In this document: positions 36,454 through 45,801 of the stretch, piece after piece
Layout: each line of letters opens with the position of its first letter
Position numbering within the stretch: the first letter of the stretch is position 1
NCBI GenBank assembly: GCA_902780865.1
Contig: CACZHC010000001.1
Coordinates: forward strand, 3,554-67,553
Origin: an uncultured bacterium
GTDB taxonomy: Bacteria > Verrucomicrobiota > Kiritimatiellia > RFP12 > UBA1067
Length of the DNA: 64,000 bases
Direction: 5' to 3'
Notes under the pieces: generated by a model
What the model was told of the DNA's origin: nothing
The model's database searches: none
The model's input: only the letters and a program-made list of their open reading frames with translations
Program-made: the position numbers and the translations under genes

Positions 36454-38745
36454 ATGACCAAAGGTTGCAGCAGTATAGACCGCGGCAAATCTGCCGCGGA
36501 TAAGAGTGTACATCTTATGCTGGCATTCCGCCTTTCGGCTCTTGCCATCTTTGCCGCCGCGGCGTATGTTGCGATCGCTGCCGAGATTCCAAATGCGGAC
36601 GTGGTCAATCCTGTCAATCTCGTTTCGACAGTCGGCGGCTCGGCGTCCAGCGACACAAAATGCCTAAACAGCGACAATCAATATGGGGTTACGAGGGCGT
36701 TCGATGGCGTTAACAACACTGACACGGATAACCGCTGGATTGGGCACGGTAGCACTTTCCCGCAGCGAGCCGTATGGACTTTCCCTTCAGCTACTGTTGT
36801 GGATGCCTTTCGCATTTACAACGCCTCATATAACGGAGCTTATCAATCGCCTTCGACATTCACGTTTGCGGGTGCGAACGATGACGAAAAGTGGAAAATT
36901 CTTGACTCTGAGAGCTCGATTACGGGCTGGTCTGCCGGCTCATACCGGACATTTAGCTTTACCAACCGTACACCCTACAAGAAGTATCGGCTCGAGATCA
37001 CTGCGGTTCAAGACATGACAAGTTCAAATGGGAAGCGGCTGTCGATTAGGGAAATTGAGCTATATCGACTTAAGGCAGTTACTTTTGGTGTTGAGCCATC
37101 TGGCTCGCCAACTATTGGACATAATTCGTTCTCGACGTATTGGACGCTTATTGCAGCAGGTGGCGCGACGGCAGATGCAGGCATTGTGTGGAGCGCCGAC
37201 GAGACGTTAGCGACTGCCGTAACCAATTCGCTCGGCACCAGCCTTTCAGGCGGAATATATACCGCGACGCTCTCGAACTTAGAGCCAGAAACGAAGTACT
37301 GGTGGAAAATCTTCGCGACAAACGCGACCGATTCTGCCGATACTGAGGTTGCTTCGTTTAAGACAAGCGGTGCGCCTGTTATCGGTAGTTGCACACGCAC
37401 GGTAGATGGTAATGCCGTTACATTCTCCATTGCCCTTGACGAGGTGGCTCTGGGGAACACGCTGATCACGTCGGTTTCGGTCTTCTACGGAAGCGACGGC
37501 GAGAACTGGACGGAGCTTTCGCTCGGTTCAACTTCAGCGGCAGCGACTTGGGTCGAGACGGTTGAGAATCTAGATTGGGGGACAACTTATCAGTGGTTTG
37601 TTGGTGCTTCGGCTACGATGGAGGGTGGCCGTATGCTTTCGACTTCTTCTGCGACCAACTCCTTTACTACGCTCTACAACGGCGATATGTATGTCGACGC
37701 CGCGGCAGAAAACGCAACGCCACCTTATTCCACGTCTGCGACCGCCGCCAAGACCATCGCCGCCGCGTTGGCACTCGCCGCCGCCGGCGCGACGATTCAC
37801 GTCGCCGAAGGCCTGTATAAAATTTCGAACCCGCTGAGCGTGACGTCTGCCGTTCGCATTCTCGGCGATGATCCGGACCCTTCGCGGGTGGTTGTCTCCA
37901 ATACTGTGAAGGCAAACTACCAGAACGGAAATCGGCGTGTCTTTATTCTCAATCATGCCGATGCATTCGTGGCGAATCTGACCATGAAGAATGGCTCGGC
38001 ATGGGGCGACTGGACAGCGGGCGGCAATCTCTACATCAACACCAACGGCGGCACGGTCTCCAACTGTGTGCTGGAGGCCGGGTTGCTTGTTTCGGGACAT
38101 GGCAACGGTGGAGGTGCAACATTGGAGGCGGGATTGATCACGCACTCCACAATTTGCAAGAGTTCCTCGGAGAAGGGATCGACCAAGGAGGGAAAGAACA
38201 AGGCGGTAGCGCTTTACCTGAAAGGTGCATCCCGTGCCGAAAACTGCCTCATCGCTAATCATCATCCTGCAACATCTTTAACTATTGCAAAACTCGACGG
38301 CACAGCAATCATGCGGAACTGCTCAATTGTCGATGGCTCTCTCACGGCAACGAGCGAGTGGTGCACGGTGCGGTCTCCGCTCGTCATCGGTGCCAACGCC
38401 ACAGTGCAGAATGTTGTTGTTGCAGGCATCACGAATACTGTTGACAATATCCCGTGTCTTCCTACCGGAACTCGGTCAAATTTCGTCAATGGCGCGGTCG
38501 AAGGGGATATAACTGGAACCTCATTCCCCGAAGGCACCGTTACCGGCACGGCATCGTCGTTCTTCAAGGACTACGCGAACGGCAACTACACGCCGAAGGC
38601 GGGCGGGCCGCTCGTCGGGAATGGCGAGAACTACGAGGGCATGGCGTCTGTCGACCTAGCGGGCAATCCGCGCAAAATAGGCAGCAAGATCGACATCGGC
38701 TGCTACGAGGCGAGCTCTTCGGCGTTAGTTATAATCGTGCGCTGA
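36454..38745 (+). CDS. Secreted F5/8-type C (discoidin) domain + Fn3-like + right-handed beta-helix protein; ends KIDIGCYEASSSALVIIVR
   Basis: Discoidin-like segment RAFDGVNNTDTDNRWIGHGSTFPQRAVWTFPSATVVDAFRIYNAS..YKKYRLEIT. Fn3-like TYWTLIAAGGATADAGIVWSAD..TKYWWKIFATN. Beta-helix ATIHVAEGLYKISNPLSVTSAVRILGDDPDPSRVVVSN. GGAGGA RBS before the ATG at 36454; alternative start at MLAFRL (36517). Confidence 0.65.
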   Translation: MTKGCSSIDRGKSAADKSVHLMLAFRLSALAIFAAAAYVAIAAEIPNADVVNPVNLVSTVGGSASSDTKCLNSDNQYGVTRAFDGVNNTDTDNRWIGHGSTFPQRAVWTFPSATVVDAFRIYNASYNGAYQSPSTFTFAGANDDEKWKILDSESSITGWSAGSYRTFSFTNRTPYKKYRLEITAVQDMTSSNGKRLSIREIELYRLKAVTFGVEPSGSPTIGHNSFSTYWTLIAAGGATADAGIVWSADETLATAVTNSLGTSLSGGIYTATLSNLEPETKYWWKIFATNATDSADTEVASFKTSGAPVIGSCTRTVDGNAVTFSIALDEVALGNTLITSVSVFYGSDGENWTELSLGSTSAAATWVETVENLDWGTTYQWFVGASATMEGGRMLSTSSATNSFTTLYNGDMYVDAAAENATPPYSTSATAAKTIAAALALAAAGATIHVAEGLYKISNPLSVTSAVRILGDDPDPSRVVVSNTVKANYQNGNRRVFILNHADAFVANLTMKNGSAWGDWTAGGNLYINTNGGTVSNCVLEAGLLVSGHGNGGGATLEAGLITHSTICKSSSEKGSTKEGKNKAVALYLKGASRAENCLIANHHPATSLTIAKLDGTAIMRNCSIVDGSLTATSEWCTVRSPLVIGANATVQNVVVAGITNTVDNIPCLPTGTRSNFVNGAVEGDITGTSFPEGTVTGTASSFFKDYANGNYTPKAGGPLVGNGENYEGMASVDLAGNPRKIGSKIDIGCYEASSSALVIIVR

Positions 38746-38886
38746 CGGAAGTTGTGGCGGGTGCCTCGACCGGAAGGCCACGATAATCCAGACCGACCGC
38801 CCAAGGAGCTGATAGAGTATCTAGCCGAGAAGGGCTGCCGTAACATGGGCTGAAGTCGTCCGCCCTCCCGCACCCCGGAGCGACAC

Positions 38887-38929
38887 TACACTTCCGTGTA
38901 TTGCCGACCCGCGGCGTATCTGGTAGAAT
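38887..38929 (+). promoter_or_regulatory. Promoter box copy 4: TACAC-TTCC-GTGTA / TTGCCG-N18-TGGTAGAAT; ATG at 38939 lies 9 nt after the -10 (leaderless)
   Basis: Read from sequence. Confidence 0.6.
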
Positions 38930-38938
38930 TACGGCACA

Positions 38939-40474
38939 ATGAAAAGACTGCTTTTAGCGATGTCTGCTGTCATCGGGCTATGCACGGCTTCCGCAGCGGA
39001 GGCTGACCTTGCCCGCTCGCCGATGCGCGAGAACGTCTGGACCGCCAACGCGACGAGGTTTATGTATCCGCCGCGGCTCGCCTTTCCCGCGCACGCCGGC
39101 GCAACGAACGCCACATGCGGCGTCGAGGGTGCGGACGGCTCTCGGCACATTCTCGCGGTGCGGGACGGCGTGGTCGATCTCGCTCCGGCGTGGGAGTCTC
39201 TCCCGGTCGGAAACGTGCAGCTCGCCGTTAAGTCCGAAAGGGGGGAGTCGAAGCGGTTCTTTTGGAAGAAGGCCATGTTCAAGGAGGGCGCGTACGGGAA
39301 GGCGCGGTGCGGATACGGAGAGTCCGCGGCGAAGTGCTTCCGCTATCTCATGGACATGCCCGCCTTGCGGTATCTCGCGGAGAAGGGCGAGCCGGATCCG
39401 GACTACGAGCTCAACTGCTATCCGAGCAAGATGATGTCCGCTGTTGCCCGCGGTTTTGCGCGTCACGCGGAGAAGTGCCCGCAGGACGCTGAGCGCGCGC
39501 TGCGCGTTGCGAAGTCCGCCGCGGACTGGCTGATCTCGGCATCCGGGAAAGATGGCTCGGCGCTTCCGGGGATACCTCCGATCTACATGGGCGACAGGCT
39601 TACCGCGAAGGCGAACGCCGGCCTCGTGATGACGAGCTATCCCTGCGCCGCCGCGTCCGCGTACATCACGCTCGGCAGGCGCACGGGCGAAGCGAAGTAC
39701 GTCGCGGCCGCGAAGAGGATCGCCGAGGTGTATCTGAAGCTCCAGGGTGCGGACGGCACGTGGCCGCTTGTGCTGCGCGTCTCGGACGGCTCGCCAGCGG
39801 CGCCGAACCGCCTTCTTCCGACAACAGCCGTCGAAATGTTCGAGACGCTGTTCGCCGAGACGCGCGACAGACGCTACCGCGAGGCCGCAGACAGGGCCTT
39901 CGGATATTTCGAGCGGGGCCCGATGGCGGACTGGAACTGGGAGGGCCAGTTCGAGGACGTCAGGCCGTCGCCAGCGAAGTACCACAACCTGACGAAGCAC
40001 GACGCGTGCTCTGCGGCAATCTATGCGCTCGCGCGCTTTCCAGGGGACGCGAGGTGGATTGCCTTCGCGAGGGATGCCGCGCGCTTCGCGGAGGACCAGT
40101 TCGTGGACTGGGAGGTTCCGTATGGCGGCGCGGATTTGCCTCCGGTGTGGGGAGAGTACGGCGATCGCAGATGGATGCAGAAGTTCTCGGAATGGCGCTG
40201 TCCGGCCGCGGTCGAGCAGTACGAGTGCTACGTCCCGGTCGATGCGTCCGCGGCGAAGATCATCCGCACGTTCCTCGCGCTCTACCGCGCCACGGGCGAG
40301 GCGTCGTACCTGAAGAAGGCGCGGGCCCTCGGAGACGAGGCAACGCTCGTGCAGCGCGACGACGGATCATATCCCACGTGGTGGCGGCCAGATTCTCCCT
40401 ACCATGCTGACTGGCTCAACTGCATGATCGCGACGGCCGAGGCGATGGAGCTCCTCGCGGAGACGGAGGACTGA
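38939..40474 (+). CDS. Secreted hypothetical protein, probable (alpha/alpha)6-toroid polysaccharide hydrolase or lyase
   Basis: Signal peptide MKRLLLAMSAVIGLCTASAA. Helical repeat pattern (..AKSAADWLISASGKDGS.., ..AAKRIAEVYLKLQGADGTWPL.., ..KKARALGDEATLVQRDDGSYPTWW) typical of alpha-toroid glycoside hydrolases or epimerases. No specific family assigned. Confidence 0.35.
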   Translation: MKRLLLAMSAVIGLCTASAAEADLARSPMRENVWTANATRFMYPPRLAFPAHAGATNATCGVEGADGSRHILAVRDGVVDLAPAWESLPVGNVQLAVKSERGESKRFFWKKAMFKEGAYGKARCGYGESAAKCFRYLMDMPALRYLAEKGEPDPDYELNCYPSKMMSAVARGFARHAEKCPQDAERALRVAKSAADWLISASGKDGSALPGIPPIYMGDRLTAKANAGLVMTSYPCAAASAYITLGRRTGEAKYVAAAKRIAEVYLKLQGADGTWPLVLRVSDGSPAAPNRLLPTTAVEMFETLFAETRDRRYREAADRAFGYFERGPMADWNWEGQFEDVRPSPAKYHNLTKHDACSAAIYALARFPGDARWIAFARDAARFAEDQFVDWEVPYGGADLPPVWGEYGDRRWMQKFSEWRCPAAVEQYECYVPVDASAAKIIRTFLALYRATGEASYLKKARALGDEATLVQRDDGSYPTWWRPDSPYHADWLNCMIATAEAMELLAETED

Positions 40475-40514
40475 CCACGGAGGCCGACCCCCGGCCCTGG
40501 ATCGCACTACACAC

Positions 40515-40565
40515 TACACTTTCGTGTTGTCGCATTGGCGCGCTTTTGGTAAAATTGCAACAACG
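40515..40565 (+). promoter_or_regulatory. Promoter box copy 5: (CACTACA)x2-TACAC-TTTC-GTGTT / -N15-TTTTGGTAAAAT; SD AGGAG precedes the ATG at 40586
   Basis: Read from sequence. Confidence 0.55.
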
Positions 40566-40585
40566 AAAGAATCATAGGAGATTTT

Positions 40586-43234
40586 ATGAATAGGCGAATG
40601 CTACCTGCGATTTTCTGCGCCGTTGCCGTGCTCTGCTTGATTTCCACCGCGCGCGCGACGGTGCTTGTGTATGAGGGGTTCCATCCGGAGGACTACAATA
40701 ATGTTGCGGCTGGCGGCAATGTGACGGCAAGCGACTGCACGCTTACCGGAAACAATACCACTGGCGTTACCTATGGTTCTACGGCGGCCAACAAGTGGAA
40801 CGGGATGGGTGGTACGCAAATCAAGGTCTATGGTGAAAACTATGGGCTTGCGCTTCCATCCGTGATGACGGGCGCCGGATTTACCGCGCATGGCGGGTCG
40901 ATCGGGACCAACCCTGAAGGCAACGATAGCCAGTTACGCGCCATGCGGCATGCCCTTGCGTCGGAAGTCCTTAAAGTTTCAGAAGGAAAGCTCTATGTCC
41001 GGATGCTCCTCAACATTGACTCCAAAGCCGCAGGCAAACTATCGTCTAATGATGCTCTTTCAGATGCCAGCGGCGGCTATTACGGCTTCGGCCTCTGCAC
41101 GGTTCCCGGCAGTAACAACTACAATCTGCTGATCAAGACGAAGGCCGCTCTGGCGTTTGCGATTTGGAAGAATAATTCAGGGCAGTGCAATATCTCGTTC
41201 ACGCACACAACCGCAGGGGAGGCAACTGTGACATCGTATCCGATTCTCACCGATATCACGCTTGGAAGCACCTATATCTGCTATGCGGAAATCAATGTGG
41301 GCGGCGGCACAGACGGAAAGGAAATCATCCGCGCAGGAGCGGTCAAGTCCGATGATTTTGCTGGCACCATTGCGTGGGCGAAGCTCAACGGGGAAAACGA
41401 AACCATAGAAACAGAGCTCATAACCGAATCTTCATTCCCCAATACGATGGCGGTCGCCGGTCCCTACGGGTCGAACGGCGGCTATTTCCGTGCGGACGAG
41501 CTTGTGGTCGGGACGGAACTTGGGGACATTCTGCCTGCGGGCGGCGTGTTTGCGGTGTCTGCAACTGGAACACCAACCATAGGGCAGACGTCGTTTTCGA
41601 CGGACTGGATCCTCGTTGCCGATGATGGCGTGACGGCGGATGCTGGTATTGTCTATTCAACGGACGAGACGTTCGTTACTGCAATGACGAACTCGCTTGG
41701 AACGGGGCTTCCCGCCGGCACGCGCACGGCGACGCTTTCAAATCTCGACCCCGCCACGACCTACTGGTGGAAGATCTATGCAGACAACGGGATGGAGGTT
41801 GCTGAAACGACGCCGGCCTCGTTCACCACGATAGGGGCGCCCATTTTCGGCGACGCGACAGCGACTATGACCGGTGATTCCGCTACGTATTCCGTCACGC
41901 TTGCGGAGGCTGCGCTGGAGAACACTCTTTCCACGTCTGTCGCTGTGTTCTACGGAACTGACGGCGAAAACTGGACGGAGCTTCCGCTCGGCTCGGCTTC
42001 GACGGCTGAGACATTTTCGGAAAGCGCAGACAGCCTCGGATATGGCGTGACATACCAATGGTTCGCGCGAGCTTCGGCGACAATGGTGGGTGGACGCGTC
42101 CTCTCGACGACGACCGCGACCAACTCTTTCACGGCACTCTGGAACGGCGATATGTACGTCGATGCCGCGGCAGAAAACGCAACGCCGCCTTATTCTACGC
42201 CTGCGACTGCCGCCAAGACTATCGCCGCTGCGCTTTCCCTCGCCACCGACGGCGCAACGATCCATGTCGCCGAAGGTCTCTATAAAATCTCGAATCCGTT
42301 GAATGTGACGTCTGCCGTTCGTGTTCTCGGTGACGATCCGGACCCTTCTCGCACTGTAATCTCCAATGTGACGGGTGCTGGTTATAACAATGGCAACCAC
42401 CGGGTGCTGTATTTGAACAACGCAGGTTCGGTCGCCGCCAACTTGACGCTGAAAAACGGAAGCTCCTGGGGGCGGACTTCGTCTGGATGTGGTTTTGCCA
42501 TCGGCACAAGCGGGGGAATTGTTTCGAACTGTGTTGTTGAAGCTGGGTTGACGGCGGGAAACCAGGCCATGGCAGGCGGGGCGCAGTTGGAAGGCGGGTG
42601 CGTGACCCATACTGTCTTCCGGAAATGCAAGGTTGGCAGTGATACTACATCCAACAAAAATGCCGGGATGAGCTACGAGCCTGGCGTTCTTCGGCTCACA
42701 AAATATTCCAAAGCGGAGAACTGCCTCTTCGTCAACAACACGCAGGATGCAAGCAAGGCACTCACGCTGATTCGGCTTGAGGACAACGCAATTTTGCGTA
42801 ATTGCACAATCGTCGATTCGGGATTAGGCAACACCAATCAGTACTGCGCCGTATTTACGCCGGTGTATCTCACCTCTGCGAACGCGACGGTCCAGAACGT
42901 CATTGTAGCCGGCGTGACGAATCGAATCGACGGTGCACTGTGCCGTCCGGCTTGGGGACGTCCGGCGAATTTTCTCAACGGAGCCACTGATGCCGATATT
43001 TCCGGTCTTAACTTCCCTGAAGGCACCGTCAACGGGACTGCGACGGAGTTCTTCAAGGGCTATGCCAACGGAGACTACACCCCGGCGTCGGGAGGACCGC
43101 TCTACAACGCAGGCGCGAACTACGAGGGCATGGCGTCCGTCGATCTCGCGGGCAACAAGCGTCTGGTTGGCAGCAGAATCGACATCGGCTGCTACGAGGC
43201 GAGATCCTCCGCGCTCATCATGATCGTCCGCTGA
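40586..43234 (+). CDS. Secreted N-terminal-domain + Fn3-like + right-handed beta-helix protein, paralog of 36454; ends RIDIGCYEARSSALIMIVR
   Basis: Signal peptide MNRRMLPAIFCAVAVLCLISTARA. Fn3-like and beta-helix segments are near-identical to 36454 (..LWNGDMYVDAAAENATPPYSTPATAAKTIAAAL..ATIHVAEGLYKISNPLNVTSAVRVLGDDPDPSR..). Confidence 0.65.
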   Translation: MNRRMLPAIFCAVAVLCLISTARATVLVYEGFHPEDYNNVAAGGNVTASDCTLTGNNTTGVTYGSTAANKWNGMGGTQIKVYGENYGLALPSVMTGAGFTAHGGSIGTNPEGNDSQLRAMRHALASEVLKVSEGKLYVRMLLNIDSKAAGKLSSNDALSDASGGYYGFGLCTVPGSNNYNLLIKTKAALAFAIWKNNSGQCNISFTHTTAGEATVTSYPILTDITLGSTYICYAEINVGGGTDGKEIIRAGAVKSDDFAGTIAWAKLNGENETIETELITESSFPNTMAVAGPYGSNGGYFRADELVVGTELGDILPAGGVFAVSATGTPTIGQTSFSTDWILVADDGVTADAGIVYSTDETFVTAMTNSLGTGLPAGTRTATLSNLDPATTYWWKIYADNGMEVAETTPASFTTIGAPIFGDATATMTGDSATYSVTLAEAALENTLSTSVAVFYGTDGENWTELPLGSASTAETFSESADSLGYGVTYQWFARASATMVGGRVLSTTTATNSFTALWNGDMYVDAAAENATPPYSTPATAAKTIAAALSLATDGATIHVAEGLYKISNPLNVTSAVRVLGDDPDPSRTVISNVTGAGYNNGNHRVLYLNNAGSVAANLTLKNGSSWGRTSSGCGFAIGTSGGIVSNCVVEAGLTAGNQAMAGGAQLEGGCVTHTVFRKCKVGSDTTSNKNAGMSYEPGVLRLTKYSKAENCLFVNNTQDASKALTLIRLEDNAILRNCTIVDSGLGNTNQYCAVFTPVYLTSANATVQNVIVAGVTNRIDGALCRPAWGRPANFLNGATDADISGLNFPEGTVNGTATEFFKGYANGDYTPASGGPLYNAGANYEGMASVDLAGNKRLVGSRIDIGCYEARSSALIMIVR

Positions 43235-43312
43235 CGGAAGGTAGGGCTGGTGCCTCGACCAGAAGGCCACGATAATCCAGCCCGACCGTCCTTCCACGCC
43301 CCAGAGCGATAT

Positions 43313-43355
43313 TACACCTTCGTGTATTGTCTCCCGTGAACGCTTTTGGTAAAAT
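43313..43355 (+). promoter_or_regulatory. Promoter box copy 6: TACAC-CTTC-GTGTA / TTGTCT-N17-TGGTAAAAT; followed by a 10-codon leaderless uORF (MLPKGLEEVV) whose TGA overlaps the main ATG (ATGA)
   Basis: Read from sequence. uORF spans 43357..43389. Confidence 0.55.
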
Positions 43356-43385
43356 CATGTTACCGAAAGGCTTAGAGGAGGTTGT

Positions 43386-45782
43386 ATGAACAGACAGATT
43401 CTGCCTGCGATTCTTTGTGTTGTTGCCACGGTGTGCAACGCGACAACGTACTATGTATCTACAACCGGCAACGACGCGAACGACGGTTTGTCGGTCTCGG
43501 CCGCGAAGGCGACAATCGCTTCGGCACTTGCTGCGTTAAAGGCGCTTCCCGATGGCGGCGGTGAGAGGATCGTCTATGTATGCGATGGAGACTACGAGTT
43601 TGATTCAGGAACGGACATTGCGGCTACGGTTGACTTTCCTGTTTTAGTGACGTCGCTTTCCAGAGATGCGTCGAAGGCGCGCATCACGCGGACTGGATCT
43701 TCGAAGCGGATCTTCCAGCTCGACTGTGCGGATGCGGTCGTCTCGCATCTGACGATCTACGGCGGGAATTTGCTGGAAGGCGGGGCGGCGTACATTACCG
43801 CTAACGGAGGGACGCTTTCGGACTGTGTCGTGTCCAATTGTGCGAATTCCGCGTATAATTCGCATGGCGCGGTATATGTAAATGCAGGACGCGTTGCACG
43901 TTGTGTATTTAAGAAGAATGCGTACACTGTCGGATCGGGTCTTTATGCCAAGGGGGGAGTCGTGGAGTCGTGCCTGTTCACTGGGAACACGTGCGGCGGT
44001 GGTGGAGCGGTCTACATCGATGGGAAAGCCTACCTTGTGAACTGCACAATAGCGGCGAACACAGGCTCGTCGTGCTCTGGCGTCAAGATGAACAATGCCA
44101 ATGGACGGGCGGTCAACTGCGCGATATTCAACAACACCGCGCCTGACTCGGCCACTGGGAAGGTCTTCAGCTCCAACGGCTCGTGTTTCGTGAACTGCGC
44201 GGCGGACCTTGAAATCACTGACGGAACAGGATGCCTCTGCGTCCAGCCGGCTTTTCGCGATTCCGCGAACGGCGACTGGCGTCTCACGCCGGCGTCGCCG
44301 CTGATAGACGCTGGAATCGACGTGGCCGAGTACGGCGCTACTTCTACGAAGGACCTTGGCGGTTATACGCGCGTTGTCTCGGCTTCGGTAGACATTGGGT
44401 GCTACGAGAATCCCAAGAGCGACGTCGAATGCGGTTTCGTGTTTGCAAGTTCAGGATATCTCGTCCCGACCGAGATCAAGTTCACAGGCGTGGCGTTCGG
44501 CTTTGCCGAAACGCCTGACTTTACGTGGGAAGTGACAAGGGCTGGCACGGGAGAGACAGATTATCTGTACAATGCGACGCCGATATGGGAGGCTTCCACC
44601 CCAGGCGTCTATTCCGTCCGCTTAACTGTGTCAGGGGGAGGCAATTCTGCCGTGTACGAACAGGCATCCTGCATCAAGCTTGCTCCTTCCGACATGTATA
44701 CGAGCCCTGGCAACGAGTCAGCGGCGTATCCGTACTCCACATCTGCTACGGCGGCGCCTGATATCGCTACGGCAGTTGCCGCAGCGGTTGACGGGACGAC
44801 GATACATGTTCTCAAAGGCGCTGATGGAATCTATCCGCAGTCCGCGACAATCAAAGTCGAGAAAGGGGTGCGCATCGTCGGCGAGACGGACGATCCGAAC
44901 GACATAGTCTGCACGAACCTGGTAGTGAACACGGACGGCCACGGAATCTTCCTGCTCAACCACCCCGACGCCTTCGTGGCCGGACTGACCATGGCGAACG
45001 GATCGCTTCGCGCAAACAACGCCTACGGCGGATGCCTGCGCATCAAGCCGAACGGCGGGGCTGTTTCAAACTGCGTGATACGCTCCGGACAGTCGCAGCA
45101 TTTTGCCAGCCCTGGTGCGGGTGCGTATCTTGAGGCAGGCGTCGTCACGCACACTCGCTTCACGGGGCGTTTCACGAGCTGTCCGCAGTACAACGCTGAT
45201 CCTTCGTCCGCCGGCGTCGTCGCGCACCTTACCGGCGGTCGCCTCGAGAACTGCCTGTTCCACGACATCGAGATCGTGCCGGGGGTTGACGGAACGTCGT
45301 GCGGCCCCATGGTTTCAGTAAGGGGCGGCATGATGCTCAACTGTACCGTCGTCGGACGCTGCCAGTGTGTCGGCACGGGAAACAGTACGGACGGGATCTT
45401 CCTGAAGTACGACGGCGGTTCCGGAATCTACTGCAGCGGTTCCGGCTGGGTGAAGAACTGCGTGTCCACCTGCGTCACGAACATGAACGGCATCGTCACT
45501 CCGTTCACCGGCACGGCGTCGCGCTTCGTGAACTGCGCGGGAGACGGGGGATCCATCTGGGGCGGGACGAATTGCCTGAATGGCGAGCCAGGATCGTTTT
45601 TCAGAGATTTCGCTCGCCGAAACTACACGCCGAATGCGAACGGCCCGCTCATGGACGCAGGCATAGAATACGATGGCATGGCAGCAACAGACCTTGACGG
45701 AAAGCCGCGCAAGGTTGGGAAGTGCGTTGACATTGGCTGCTACGAAGCCCCACTAAGGGGATTCAGGCTTAAAGTGCGTTAA
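43386..45782 (+). CDS. Secreted protein with two right-handed parallel beta-helix domains; ends CVDIGCYEAPLRGFRLKVR
   Basis: Signal peptide. TTYYVSTTGNDANDGLSVSAAKATIASAL and a second YPYSTSATAAPDIATAVAAAVDGTTIHVLKG module. Repeated NCxx/beta-helix rungs (SNCANS, VNCTIA, VNCAIFNN, FVNCAAD). Confidence 0.6.
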   Translation: MNRQILPAILCVVATVCNATTYYVSTTGNDANDGLSVSAAKATIASALAALKALPDGGGERIVYVCDGDYEFDSGTDIAATVDFPVLVTSLSRDASKARITRTGSSKRIFQLDCADAVVSHLTIYGGNLLEGGAAYITANGGTLSDCVVSNCANSAYNSHGAVYVNAGRVARCVFKKNAYTVGSGLYAKGGVVESCLFTGNTCGGGGAVYIDGKAYLVNCTIAANTGSSCSGVKMNNANGRAVNCAIFNNTAPDSATGKVFSSNGSCFVNCAADLEITDGTGCLCVQPAFRDSANGDWRLTPASPLIDAGIDVAEYGATSTKDLGGYTRVVSASVDIGCYENPKSDVECGFVFASSGYLVPTEIKFTGVAFGFAETPDFTWEVTRAGTGETDYLYNATPIWEASTPGVYSVRLTVSGGGNSAVYEQASCIKLAPSDMYTSPGNESAAYPYSTSATAAPDIATAVAAAVDGTTIHVLKGADGIYPQSATIKVEKGVRIVGETDDPNDIVCTNLVVNTDGHGIFLLNHPDAFVAGLTMANGSLRANNAYGGCLRIKPNGGAVSNCVIRSGQSQHFASPGAGAYLEAGVVTHTRFTGRFTSCPQYNADPSSAGVVAHLTGGRLENCLFHDIEIVPGVDGTSCGPMVSVRGGMMLNCTVVGRCQCVGTGNSTDGIFLKYDGGSGIYCSGSGWVKNCVSTCVTNMNGIVTPFTGTASRFVNCAGDGGSIWGGTNCLNGEPGSFFRDFARRNYTPNANGPLMDAGIEYDGMAATDLDGKPRKVGKCVDIGCYEAPLRGFRLKVR

Positions 45783-45801
45783 TGACTTGCATAAGATAAC
45801 T

